Shown here piece by piece: positions 43,594 through 54,461 of a DNA stretch of 64,000 nucleotides. Origin of the DNA: Thermodesulfobacteriota bacterium (GTDB lineage: Bacteria; Thermosulfidibacterota; Thermosulfidibacteria; Thermosulfidibacterales; B14-G1); the NCBI GenBank assembly GCA_024274915.1, contig JAJSAC010000063.1, positions 621-64,620 of the forward strand. Reading direction: 5' to 3'. The notes under the pieces are model-generated. The model was not told where the DNA came from, made no database searches, and saw only the letters and a list, made by a program, of their open reading frames with translations. Every line of letters starts with the position of its first letter. Position 1 is the stretch's first letter. The position numbers and the translations under genes were made by a program.

Positions 43594-44709
43594 CTAGCCT
43601 TCCCCCCTCTTCAGACTCTCCAGGACCTTTAGAGTGCTTTTCACCCTCGAGTCTTGGATGGTCTTTTGTATCTCTTGAATCTCTGGCAGTGTGTCGAAGA
43701 AGGCCTCCACTATGAGAGGGTCGAAGTGTTTGCCAGATTCTCTTTTGATCACTTCCAAGACCTCCTTGTTATCCATGGCCGGCCGGTAGACCCTGTGAGA
43801 AGTGCAGGCGTCGAAAAAGTCTGCCAGGCCACATATACGCCCTTCCAAGGGGATCTCATCTCCCCGAAGCCCATGGGGGTAGCCTTTGCCGTCCCAGCGT
43901 TCGTGGTGGGTGAGGGCCATGGTCTCTGCCATTTTTAATACGGGGTGCTGGGAACCTGAGAGGATCTCTGCACCTATGACGGTGTGGCGTTTCATGATCT
44001 CGAACTCTTCTTTGCTGAGGGGGCCTTGTTTCAAAAGGATGTTGTCGGGGATTCCTATCTTGCCCACGTCGTGCATGGGGGAGGCGTAGAGAATTTCTTT
44101 CTGTTCTTCCAAGGATAGCCCCATCTCCCGGGCCAGGACCTGGCAGTAACGACTCATTCTCTGGATGTGCTCTCCTGTCTCGTCGTCCCTGTATTCGGCG
44201 GCTCTACCGAGGCGCTGGATGATTTCAAGATAAGCGTTGTCCAGTTTTTTGTAGGCTTCCTGGAGTTCCTGGGTCCTTTTGTTCACCTCCCTTTCCAGGA
44301 GATCCTTTATGCCTTCCAGGTAGTCGTTGTAGGCTTTCACCTTCAGCAGGTTCTTGACTCTGAGAAGGAGTTCTACCCTGTCTATAGGTTTTACCAGGTA
44401 TTCATCGGCCCCAACTTCCAAACCCTTGAGCTTGGATTCCCTGTCTCCCAGGGCCGTCACCATGACAATGGGTGTGGTGGACAGTTCCTTCTTGGACTTG
44501 AGGGTCTTGCATACTTCGAATCCGCTGATGTCAGGGAGCATGATGTCCAGAAGGATGATGCTGGGTTTTTCCTTTTGGGCTTTTTCTAGGGCTTCTGTGC
44601 CTGTTACTGCTTTGGACACCTGGTAGCCCAGTTGTTGAAGAATGGTTTCTAAAAGCATGAGATTGACGGGGTCGTCGTCTACCACCAGAATTTTAGTTGG
44701 CTCTTCCAT
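43594..44709 (-). CDS. REC + HD-GYP cyclic-di-GMP phosphodiesterase (RpfG-like)
   Basis: ILVVDD...LLDIMLP receiver; HDVGKIG, HHERWDGKGYP. Confidence 0.93.
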   Translation of the reverse strand: MEEPTKILVVDDDPVNLMLLETILQQLGYQVSKAVTGTEALEKAQKEKPSIILLDIMLPDISGFEVCKTLKSKKELSTTPIVMVTALGDRESKLKGLEVGADEYLVKPIDRVELLLRVKNLLKVKAYNDYLEGIKDLLEREVNKRTQELQEAYKKLDNAYLEIIQRLGRAAEYRDDETGEHIQRMSRYCQVLAREMGLSLEEQKEILYASPMHDVGKIGIPDNILLKQGPLSKEEFEIMKRHTVIGAEILSGSQHPVLKMAETMALTHHERWDGKGYPHGLRGDEIPLEGRICGLADFFDACTSHRVYRPAMDNKEVLEVIKRESGKHFDPLIVEAFFDTLPEIQEIQKTIQDSRVKSTLKVLESLKRGEG

Positions 44710-45868
44710 CGTGTCCTCCGGTTTTTCTTGGGGGCTGGGGGATTATCATCACAAATCTGACCCCTTTTCCACCCTCTCCTCGTTCTACCCATACATCCCC
44801 CCCATGGGCTGTGACAATCCTCCTCACCAGAGGAAGCCCCACACCCATGCCCTGATACTTCCTGGTGAGGGGGTCTTCCAGCTGTTTAAAAGGCTCCCAT
44901 ATCTCTTCCATGTATTGGGGGGGGATTCCTATACCCGTGTCCCACACGGATACTTTAATTCCTCCCGGGGCTTCTTCCACCTTTATCCCAATCTTTCCCC
45001 CTGGCGGGGTGAACTTTACAGCATTGGACAGGAGATGGTGGAGGGCTCTGTGGATCTTTCCCTTGTCAAGGAGGGCTCGACCGATTTTTACCTCCTTGAC
45101 AAGGGAAAGGTTCTTTTCGAGGACTCTTGGACCCAGGGTTTCCAGCACCTTGTCTATCAGGGAAAGGAGATCCACGCTCTCTAATTTTATCTTCCCTTCT
45201 TCTCTTTTCATCTCCCACAGTAGAGTGATATCATTTATTGTATCTTTCATCTCTTGGGCTTTCTCTAAAATGTGGTTCAGACATTCTTGGGTGTGGCTTG
45301 GTAGCTTGTCTCTCTCTTCTTCCAGTACCTGGGAGAACCCAATTATGCTGTGGAGAGGTGTCCGTAGTTCGTGAGCCACTCGTTTCATAAAAGTTGCCTG
45401 GATCTCCATGTTTTTTTTGAGTTCCCTGATGGTTTCCGAGAGCTCTTCTTCTCGAGCTTGGAGCTGTTGGGAGAGCTCCTTCTCCCTCCAGATCTTCTCA
45501 AGGGATGATGCGAGGATTTCTGCTATGACTTGCCAAATTTCTTCCTCTTCTGGACTCATTTCCCAGGTATTTGATGGTAATATTATGAGACTCCCCAGTT
45601 GAGTGTCTCCCAGTTTTATGGCGAAATGTCTTCCCTTTTCTGTTTCTTGGGCCTTGTGGAGGAGTTGGGGATTGGAGGGTGGGAATGTGAAGGTCTCCTT
45701 CTCACCCCAGGGGGGGGCCATGATCAGAACCAGGCCTTCAAGACCCAAATCTTCCAGAGGAATGTCTTTGAGGGCGTTGAGGATCCCCTCCTTTTCTCGG
45801 GCCTTGATTATGCGAGAGCAGAGGTTTAAAAGGCTTCTTCCCCTTCTACCAAGAGAAGTTTTTTTCAT
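44693..45868 (-). CDS. Cytoplasmic sensor histidine kinase (GAF-like input)
   Basis: HELRTPL H-box, NAVKFT, DTGIGI, F, GMGVGL boxes. No TM segment. Confidence 0.92.
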   Translation of the reverse strand: MKKTSLGRRGRSLLNLCSRIIKAREKEGILNALKDIPLEDLGLEGLVLIMAPPWGEKETFTFPPSNPQLLHKAQETEKGRHFAIKLGDTQLGSLIILPSNTWEMSPEEEEIWQVIAEILASSLEKIWREKELSQQLQAREEELSETIRELKKNMEIQATFMKRVAHELRTPLHSIIGFSQVLEEERDKLPSHTQECLNHILEKAQEMKDTINDITLLWEMKREEGKIKLESVDLLSLIDKVLETLGPRVLEKNLSLVKEVKIGRALLDKGKIHRALHHLLSNAVKFTPPGGKIGIKVEEAPGGIKVSVWDTGIGIPPQYMEEIWEPFKQLEDPLTRKYQGMGVGLPLVRRIVTAHGGDVWVERGEGGKGVRFVMIIPQPPRKTGGHDGRAN

Positions 45869-46033
45869 CTTTCCCTTCCTATGAAAGATATGCGTTTCCC
45901 GTTTTCCAAGTTAGAATACCCCCTTTCTGTTTCCAGTCAATTCCATGTCAGTCAAACGTGGTATCCGGCTTGAGAGGTCTCTTCAGTTCGCATTTTGTGG
46001 ATTCTATCCAATTAAAGACTTAAACTCCATCCC

Positions 46034-46056
46034 TGTGTAAGTACAGAAATTACACA
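46034..46056. promoter_or_regulatory. Palindrome in the divergent kinase/regulator promoter region
   Basis: TGTGTAA-N9-TTACACA. Confidence 0.5.
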
Positions 46057-46136
46057 CTTTTTCCCAATTGCCAACCCACTGGTTATAGGTATTATGGGGT
46101 ATCAAAAGTTTTAAATAAATAAATCAAGGGGTCGTT

Positions 46137-46775
46137 ATGGTAAAGGTTATTTTAGTAGACGATCATACGCTTTTCAGAGAAGGATTGAGGCGCTTGTTGG
46201 AGGCGGAGGGAGACATTGAGGTAGTAGGAGAGGCTGAGGAAGGACTGAAGGCCCTTGGTATGGTTAGAGTTTATAGGCCCGACGTGGCCATTGTGGACAT
46301 AGCCATGCCTGGGCTCAATGGAATAGAGATCACCAAGCTCCTCAAAGAATCTTCCCCGGAGACCAAGGTGATAATCCTGTCTGTTTATGATCGTTTGGAC
46401 TATGTGAAGGAGGCTCGCGAGGCGGGGGCCTCTGCCTATCTGGATAAGGACGTCTCTTCCCAGGTGTTGCTGGATGTTTTAAGGAGGATTCTGAAGGGAG
46501 AGGAGTATTTCCCCCAGTTGGGTGACTTGAGGGGCAAGGAGAGGAAGAGGCAGCTCACTCCCAGGGAAAAAGAGGTGGTGAAGCTCATCGCCTTGGGTAA
46601 GACCAGCAGGGAGATCGCTCAGATTTTGGGTTTGAGTGTTAAAACGGTGAATACCCACAGGAACAACATTATGAGAAAGTTGGAGATTAAGAATACGGCT
46701 GGTCTGGTGAGGTATGCCCTATTCTCGGGCTTGGTCACCCCTTTTGACTTGGGGGAAGAAGAGCTCAATATGTGA
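46137..46775 (+). CDS. NarL/LuxR-family response regulator
   Basis: LVDDH, DIAMP; LTPREKEV..LIA.G....EIA..L.LS.KTV..HR. Confidence 0.95.
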   Translation: MVKVILVDDHTLFREGLRRLLEAEGDIEVVGEAEEGLKALGMVRVYRPDVAIVDIAMPGLNGIEITKLLKESSPETKVIILSVYDRLDYVKEAREAGASAYLDKDVSSQVLLDVLRRILKGEEYFPQLGDLRGKERKRQLTPREKEVVKLIALGKTSREIAQILGLSVKTVNTHRNNIMRKLEIKNTAGLVRYALFSGLVTPFDLGEEELNM

Positions 46776-46810
46776 AGGGCCCCTTGGAGGGGCTTTTACC
46801 AGTGACAATA

Positions 46811-46841
46811 GGATTGGGCCTTTGCAAGAAGGCCCAATCTT
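46811..46841. terminator. Hairpin/terminator after the response regulator
   Basis: GATTGGGCCTT-tgcaag-AAGGCCCAATC. Confidence 0.65.
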
Positions 46842-46917
46842 ATGGCTCGGCTTTGACACCCCCCTTCACTGTTGCTACTAAGGTTTGCACCAGAGAATCT
46901 AGGGAGGGTGGAATTCC

Positions 46918-47571
46918 ATGAAGTTCTTTCTCGATACTGCGATAGTGGAGGAGATCAGAGAGGCTGTAGGGTGGGGAGTGGTGGATGGAGTCACCACCAA
47001 TCCCTCTCTGGTGGCCAAGGCGGGCAGGTCTATGGAAGAGGTGATCCTGGAGATATGTGAGATAGTGGACGGTCCTGTTTCTGCCGAGGTTCTGAGTCTT
47101 ACCGCTGAAGAGATGGTACCCGAGGCCCAGAAACTGGCGGCCATCCACCCCAACGTGGTGATAAAGATCCCCATGACGGAGGAGGGGCTCAAAACGGTTA
47201 GTCGCCTTTCTCCATTGGGGGTGAAGACCAACGTCACCCTGGTCTTTTCCGCCAATCAGGCCCTCATGGCGGCCAAGGCCGGGGCCACCTTTGTCTCTCC
47301 CTTCATCGGTCGTCTGGATGACATTTCCCATGAGGGGATGGACATTATTAGAGAGATAGTGCCCATCTTCCAGAATTACGACCTGGAAACCCAGGTGATA
47401 GTGGCCAGCATCAGGCATCCCCGCCATGTGGTGGAGGCCGCCCTTATCGGCGCCGATGTAGCCACCATTCCCTTCAAGGTGTTGAAACAGATGGTGAAGC
47501 ACCCCCTGACCGACATTGGTATTGCTCGTTTCCTGGAGGACTATAAGAAGGCGTTCGGTGAGAAAGACTGA
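46918..47571 (+). CDS. tal: Transaldolase (short TalC/FSA family)
   Basis: [37 protein letters not shown]. Upstream TTGACA-N17-TACTAA at 46853. Confidence 0.93.
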   Translation: MKFFLDTAIVEEIREAVGWGVVDGVTTNPSLVAKAGRSMEEVILEICEIVDGPVSAEVLSLTAEEMVPEAQKLAAIHPNVVIKIPMTEEGLKTVSRLSPLGVKTNVTLVFSANQALMAAKAGATFVSPFIGRLDDISHEGMDIIREIVPIFQNYDLETQVIVASIRHPRHVVEAALIGADVATIPFKVLKQMVKHPLTDIGIARFLEDYKKAFGEKD

Positions 47572-47573
47572 GA

Positions 47574-47740
47574 GGTCAAAGGCTAAGGGCTAGAGACTGA
47601 AGGCTAAGGGTTAAGGGCGGGGGGGCAGCGTTCAGAGTTCTATGTTCAGTGTTCTAGGTCCTCTGAACCAGGGGATAAAGCTTTGAACCTTGGACGTAGA
47701 ACGTTGAACAAGTGTCATGCTGTTACCCGTTACGTATCAC
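47574..47740. repeat. Composite heptamer repeat tract between convergent tal and rsmA
   Basis: About 6 GGCTAAG-type units, 4 GTTCNNN units with an inverted NNNGAAC block, and about 3 GTTAC-type units. Confidence 0.75.
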
Positions 47741-47741
47741 G

Positions 47742-48569
47742 CTAGGAGAGCCAGCCCCTGGTCACGGCCTCTCTCGCCAGGGCGATCCACTGGCGGGGGG
47801 AGAGTTCCTGGGCTCTCGCCTGGGGAGAGAGGCCCAACTCTTCCTGGAGTTTTTCCCAGTCTCTCCCGGGATGAACCAGTTTCAAGCTGTTGACCAGAGT
47901 TTTTCTACGATGCCGGAACCCCGCTTCCACCAGGGTCTTGAAGGGCTTTTTTAGGGGTCCGAGCTTATCACTCCTCCAGGTGATTCTCACCACCGCCGAG
48001 TCCACGTCGGGGACGGGGCGGAATCAGTGGCGGGACACCCGGTGGACCACCTCAACCTCGTGGGTGGTGGCGAAAAGGACGGTGATGAGGGAGTAGTCTT
48101 TTGTGCCTGAGGGGGCCGTGAGCCTTTGGGCCGCTTCCCATTGGACCATAATGATCATCTCCCGGTATCGACCCTCCATCTCCCATAACCTGTAAAGCAA
48201 GGGAGATGTGATGTTGTAGGGGAGATTGGCCACCAACTTCTCCGGTGGTAGGTCTTCTATGGGTGTCTTCATTACGTCTCCTTCAATAAGGTGGAGGGAG
48301 GGATGGTTTCCCAGGAACTCCTGGAGGTACCGGTAAAGTCTTGGGTCTTTCTCTATGGCCCATACCTCTGCTCCCCTGGCCAACAGTCCCCATGTGAGTA
48401 CCCCGTTTCCCGGCCCCACTTCCAGGATCTTACTCCCTGGAGCGATATGGGAGGCTTCCAGGATGATCTCTCGTATGTTGTCGTCCACCAGGAAGTTCTG
48501 GCCCCACCTTTTGGAAGCCTTGAACCCCTTCTCTTTGAGGGCTCGGTATAGTGAAGTACAACTCTCCAT
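47742..48569 (-). CDS. rsmA: 16S rRNA m6,2A1518/1519 dimethyltransferase RsmA/KsgA, interrupted by one in-frame TGA (48026-48024)
   Basis: GQNFL, LEVGPG.G.LT, IEKD, ANLPYNIT, MVQ.E.A.RL, then VSRH*FRPVPDVDSAVV and F..RRKTL.NSL, RAQEL. The two track ORFs are in the same frame. Confidence 0.88.
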
Positions 48570-48617
48570 GACAGACCCTTTATAACCTCCGTTATCCTCC
48601 ACTGCCTAGGGGTTTTA

Positions 48618-48647
48618 TTGACTTTGGAGAAGGCCCTTTGCTACTAT
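48618..48647 (+). promoter_or_regulatory. Putative sigma70 promoter of the pcc-mcm operon
   Basis: TTGACT-N18-TACTAT with extended TG. Confidence 0.55.
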
Positions 48648-48699
48648 TTTCCACATTCGAAATTTTAAATTTTTATCTATTCTAGGTCAGGGGGGTTCT

Positions 48700-50250
48700 A
48701 TGGGCATAGAGGAGAAACTCCGGGAGTTGCACCGGCTTAACGAACTGGCAGAGCTGGGTGGGGGAAAGGCTCGGATCGAAAAACAACATAAAATGGGTAA
48801 ACTCACAGCCCGGGAGAGGCTGGATATCCTTTTGGATAAAGGCACTTTTGTGGAGATGGACAGGTTTGTGGTTCATAGGTGTCCCCATTTTGGCATCGAC
48901 AAACAAAAGATCCTGGGCGACGGCGTAGTTACTGGCTACGGGAAGATAGACGGCCGCCTGGTCTATGTTTTTTCCCACGATTTCACCACCTTTGGTGGTT
49001 CTCTCTCCGAGATGTTCGGCAAGAAGGTGTGTAAGATCATGGACCTGGCTATGCGCAATGGGGCTCCTGTCATAGGTCTCAATGATTCAGGGGGGGCCAG
49101 GATTCAGGAAGGGGTGGTCAGTTTGGTGGCTTATGCAGATATCTTCCTCAGGAACGTGCTGGCCTCCGGGGTGGTTCCTCAGATCTCGGCTATCATGGGT
49201 CCCTGTGCCGGTGGAGCCGTCTATTCCCCTGCCATGACGGATTTCACCTTCATGGTTAAGGGGACCAGTTACATGTTCATCACCGGTCCCGATGTGATCA
49301 GGGCCACCACCCATGAGGAGATCACCAAGGAGGAACTGGGTGGTGCCATGGCCCATAACACCATAAGTGGTGTGGCCCACTTTGCCGCTGAAAACGATGA
49401 GGAGTGCCTCCTCATGATTCGGGAACTCATGAGCTTCTTGCCCAGCAACAACCTGGAGGACCCCCCTTACAGAGAGACCAATGACGATCCCTACCGGGAA
49501 GATGAGGACCTCAACTATCTGGTGCCCGACGATCCCAACAAACCCTACGACATGAAGGAGCTCATCAAAGCCGTGGTGGACGACCACTACTTCTTGGAGG
49601 TTCATCCCCACTACGCCCAGAATATTGTTGTAGGTTTTGCTCGTTTTAACGGTCAGCCGGTGGGTATAGTGGCCAATCAGCCCATGGTCTTGGCGGGCTG
49701 CCTGGATATAAAGGCTTCCATCAAGGGGGCTCGTTTCGTCCGTTTCTGTGATGCCTTCAACATTCCCATTGTCACCTTCGAAGACGTTCCCGGTTTCCTT
49801 CCCGGGGTGGCCCAGGAGCACGGAGGTATCATCCTCCATGGCGCTAAGCTCCTCTATGCCTACTGCGAGGCTACGGTGCCTAAAGTGACGGTGGTTGCCC
49901 GGAAGGCTTATGGTGGTGCCTTTGACGTGTTGGGCTCCAAAAACGTGAGGGGAGATATAAACCTTGCCTATCCAACGGCGGAGATCGCCGTTATGGGTCC
50001 TGATGGAGCCGTGAATATCATTTTCAGGAAGCAACTCATGGAGGCCGAAGATCCCGAGGCAGAGAAGGAGAGGTTGGTGGCCGAGTACCGAAAGACCTTT
50101 GCCAATCCCTATATGGCGGCTCAACTGGGTTACATCGACGAGGTTATCGAGCCCAAAATCACCAGGAAGCGCATCGTTCAGGCTCTGGAGTCTCTCCAGA
50201 ACAAGAGGGATACCAATCCTCCCAAGAAACACGGGAATATCCCGCTGTAG
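48700..50250 (+). CDS. pccB: Propionyl-CoA carboxylase / acyl-CoA carboxyltransferase beta subunit
   Basis: [50 protein letters not shown]. Confidence 0.92.
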   Translation: MGIEEKLRELHRLNELAELGGGKARIEKQHKMGKLTARERLDILLDKGTFVEMDRFVVHRCPHFGIDKQKILGDGVVTGYGKIDGRLVYVFSHDFTTFGGSLSEMFGKKVCKIMDLAMRNGAPVIGLNDSGGARIQEGVVSLVAYADIFLRNVLASGVVPQISAIMGPCAGGAVYSPAMTDFTFMVKGTSYMFITGPDVIRATTHEEITKEELGGAMAHNTISGVAHFAAENDEECLLMIRELMSFLPSNNLEDPPYRETNDDPYREDEDLNYLVPDDPNKPYDMKELIKAVVDDHYFLEVHPHYAQNIVVGFARFNGQPVGIVANQPMVLAGCLDIKASIKGARFVRFCDAFNIPIVTFEDVPGFLPGVAQEHGGIILHGAKLLYAYCEATVPKVTVVARKAYGGAFDVLGSKNVRGDINLAYPTAEIAVMGPDGAVNIIFRKQLMEAEDPEAEKERLVAEYRKTFANPYMAAQLGYIDEVIEPKITRKRIVQALESLQNKRDTNPPKKHGNIPL

Positions 50251-50261
50251 GGGGTGGGGAG

Positions 50262-51770
50262 ATGTTCAAAAAGATCCTGGTTGCCAACAGAAGCGAGATT
50301 GCCGTGAGGCTTCTCAGGGCCTGTCGGGAGATGGGCATCACCTGTGCCACCGTCTTCTCCGATGTGGACAGGGATGCCCTCCATGTGCGCTATGCCGATG
50401 AGGCCTATCACATAGGTCCCGCCCCCGCCCGGGAAAGCTATCTCAATATTGAGAGGATAATCGAGGTGGCCAAGAAGGCGGGTTGTGATGCCATACATCC
50501 CGGCTATGGTTTTCTGGCGGAGAACGCCGATTTCGCCACCCGCTGCGAGGAGGAAGGTATAGTCTTTATAGGTCCTCCCAAAGAGGCCATCGTGGCCATG
50601 GGTAGCAAGACGGTGGCCCGTCAGACGGCCAAAGAGGCAGGGGCACCGGTGATTCCCGGTACCCTGGAGCCTTTAGGCGATGAGGAGATCATAGCCCAGG
50701 CCCGTAAGATGGGTTATCCTGTTATGCTTAAGGCCGTCTCCGGTGGTGGTGGCAAGGGTATGAGACTGGTGGAGAAGGAAGAGGAGATGGCCAGTGCCAT
50801 CAGGATGGCCCGTTCCGAAGCCAGGTCGGCTTTCGACGATGACTCCCTCTACCTGGAGAAGTATATTGAGAACCCCCGTCACGTGGAGATGCAGATTCTG
50901 GTGGACAGGGATGGTAACGGTATCTATCTGGGTGAGAGGGAGTGCTCCATCCAAAGGAGGCACCAGAAGGTGATCGAAGAGGCTCCTTCCGTCCTTATAG
51001 ATGAGGATCTGCGCCGAAGGATGGGAGAGGCGGCCCTCAAGGTGGCCCAGGCGGCGGGCTACTACAGTGCAGGTACAGTGGAGTTTCTCATGGACAGGGA
51101 TAGAAACTTCTACTTCCTGGAGGTGAACACCCGTCTCCAGGTGGAACATCCCGTCACGGAGATGGTGACGGGTATAGACATCGTTAAGGAGATGATAAAA
51201 ATAGCCGCCGGGGAGTCCCTCACCATTGCCCAGCATGAAGTGAAGATGAGGGGCCACTCCATTGAATGCCGTATCTACGCCGAGGACCCCTACAACAACT
51301 TTTTGCCTTCTCCCGGCACTATCTGGGGTCTCAGGCTTCCAGGTGGACCTGGGGTGAGGGTGGACATCGGGGTCTTCGAGGGTGCTGTAGTGCCCATGGA
51401 GTACGATCCCATCATCGGTAAGCTGATTGTGTGGGGCAAGGACAGGCGAGAGGCGGTGGAACGGACCAGGAGGGCCCTCTCGGAGTTTGTAGTGAAGGGC
51501 ATCAAGACCACCATACCCTTCCATGAGCGGGTCATGGACAACCCCCTCTTTCTGGAGGGTAACTTCGATACCACCTTTATAGACACTGTCTTCAAAAAGA
51601 TGGAGGAGGGACGGGAGCCCCAATACCTGGACATAGCCCTGGCTGCCACGGCTGTCCATGTTTATCTGGAGGAGAAGGCTCCTAAGGCAGCTGCTCCCAC
51701 TCAAAGCCAGGGGATAAGCCCCTGGAAGCTCTACGGCCGCAAGCTCCAGATGAGAACGGGGCTCTGTTAA
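50262..51770 (+). CDS. accC: Biotin carboxylase subunit of acyl-CoA carboxylase
   Basis: ANR.EIA, HPGYGFLAEN, GGGGKGMR, RECSIQRRHQK, EVNTRLQVEH. Confidence 0.92.
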   Translation: MFKKILVANRSEIAVRLLRACREMGITCATVFSDVDRDALHVRYADEAYHIGPAPARESYLNIERIIEVAKKAGCDAIHPGYGFLAENADFATRCEEEGIVFIGPPKEAIVAMGSKTVARQTAKEAGAPVIPGTLEPLGDEEIIAQARKMGYPVMLKAVSGGGGKGMRLVEKEEEMASAIRMARSEARSAFDDDSLYLEKYIENPRHVEMQILVDRDGNGIYLGERECSIQRRHQKVIEEAPSVLIDEDLRRRMGEAALKVAQAAGYYSAGTVEFLMDRDRNFYFLEVNTRLQVEHPVTEMVTGIDIVKEMIKIAAGESLTIAQHEVKMRGHSIECRIYAEDPYNNFLPSPGTIWGLRLPGGPGVRVDIGVFEGAVVPMEYDPIIGKLIVWGKDRREAVERTRRALSEFVVKGIKTTIPFHERVMDNPLFLEGNFDTTFIDTVFKKMEEGREPQYLDIALAATAVHVYLEEKAPKAAAPTQSQGISPWKLYGRKLQMRTGLC

Positions 51771-51793
51771 ATCTGGACTGAAGGAGAAGCATC

Positions 51794-52318
51794 ATGGCTT
51801 ACGTTGCTACCATAGAAGAGTTGGGTAAAGAGTTCAGGGTGGAAGTGGTGCCCTTGGGGGGGGATCTTTATAAGGTGGTGGTGGACGGTGAGAGAGGGCT
51901 GGTCCTGGATGTCCGGCGCCACGGCTGCTGTGTTTACTCTGTGCTCAAAGAAGGCGAGAGCTACGAGGTGGACGTGGATAACAGGCCTGGGGGAGGCTTC
52001 AGCGTCCTGGTGAAAGGAGAGCATTTCCACATCGATCTTATGGACGAGATGAAAAAGAAGCTTCTCTCCATCCTGGGTGAGGCTGTAGGGGCTGGTACAG
52101 GCGAGGTGGCCACGGCCATGCCTGGTAAGGTGGTGAAGGTGTTGGTCTCCGAGGGAGACCAGGTGAAGAAGGACCAGCCCCTGGTCATTCTAGAGGCCAT
52201 GAAAATGGAGAATGAGTTTAAGGCCCCTTACGATGGGGTGGTGAAGAGCATAAAGGTGAAAGAGGGAGACACGGTGGAGGCCAGTGCCGTGCTGGTGGTC
52301 CTGGAACCTCAGGAGTGA
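51794..52318 (+). CDS. Biotin carboxyl carrier protein
   Basis: MPGKVV...EAMKMENE biotinyl-lysine motif. Confidence 0.92.
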   Translation: MAYVATIEELGKEFRVEVVPLGGDLYKVVVDGERGLVLDVRRHGCCVYSVLKEGESYEVDVDNRPGGGFSVLVKGEHFHIDLMDEMKKKLLSILGEAVGAGTGEVATAMPGKVVKVLVSEGDQVKKDQPLVILEAMKMENEFKAPYDGVVKSIKVKEGDTVEASAVLVVLEPQE

Positions 52319-52375
52319 ATCTGTGGATTAGGAAGGCAAGGGGGGAGTCTTTTGGTGAGGGAGGTATAGGCAGAC

Positions 52376-54064
<1,689 letters not shown>

Positions 54065-54085
54065 TTGGCCAATCATTGCTTCAAT

Positions 54086-54125
54086 CGGGCCCTGGGGGAA
54101 TATCCCCTGGGCCCGGTTTTATTTC
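54086..54125 (+). terminator. Terminator after mcm
   Basis: CGGGCCCTGGGGG...CCCCTGGGCCCG followed by GTTTTATTT. Confidence 0.75.
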
Positions 54126-54189
54126 TTGGTAGCCATGGGAATAAGAATGAACAAAAAGGATCCGCTCTCAGTGTTGCCCCATAGGGAAT

Positions 54190-54412
54190 CAGGACTTCCC
54201 TCATTTTTGGTCTTATGGGTCAGGGCGAGGCGTTCCGACCGCAGAGATGATAGCTCATAGTTCATAGCTCACAGTTGCTATCAGCCATGAGCCATCAGCT
54301 ATCAGCCATGGGCAAGGGAGGAATGCCCCGCCTTTTCACTTGTTGGAAAGAAAAAATCCAGGATTCTGAACATGATGCCTTTACCAGGAAGGGAATTTTG
54401 GGGGAAGTCCTG
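54190..54412 (-). mobile_element. MITE copy 3 (223 bp, inverted)
   Basis: Reverse complement of copies 1 and 2. Perfect 9-bp target duplication ATAGGGAAT at 54181-54189 and 54413-54421. Confidence 0.92.
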
Positions 54413-54424
54413 ATAGGGAATCAT

Positions 54425-54453
54425 TTGCCTAACGGGTTTATCCTCCGTAAACT
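54425..54453 (+). promoter_or_regulatory. Putative sigma70 promoter giving a near-leaderless rqcH mRNA
   Basis: TTGCCT-N17-TAAACT ending 8 nt before GTG 54462; no SD sequence. Confidence 0.55.
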
Positions 54454-54461
54454 GTTCTGCC

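Noticed and set aside
48024-48026. Genome-wide UGA reassignment (genetic code 4 or 25)
   Set aside because: Many genes here end at TGA at their expected C-termini (aroC, tal, iorB, cytochrome c3) and Trp is encoded by TGG.
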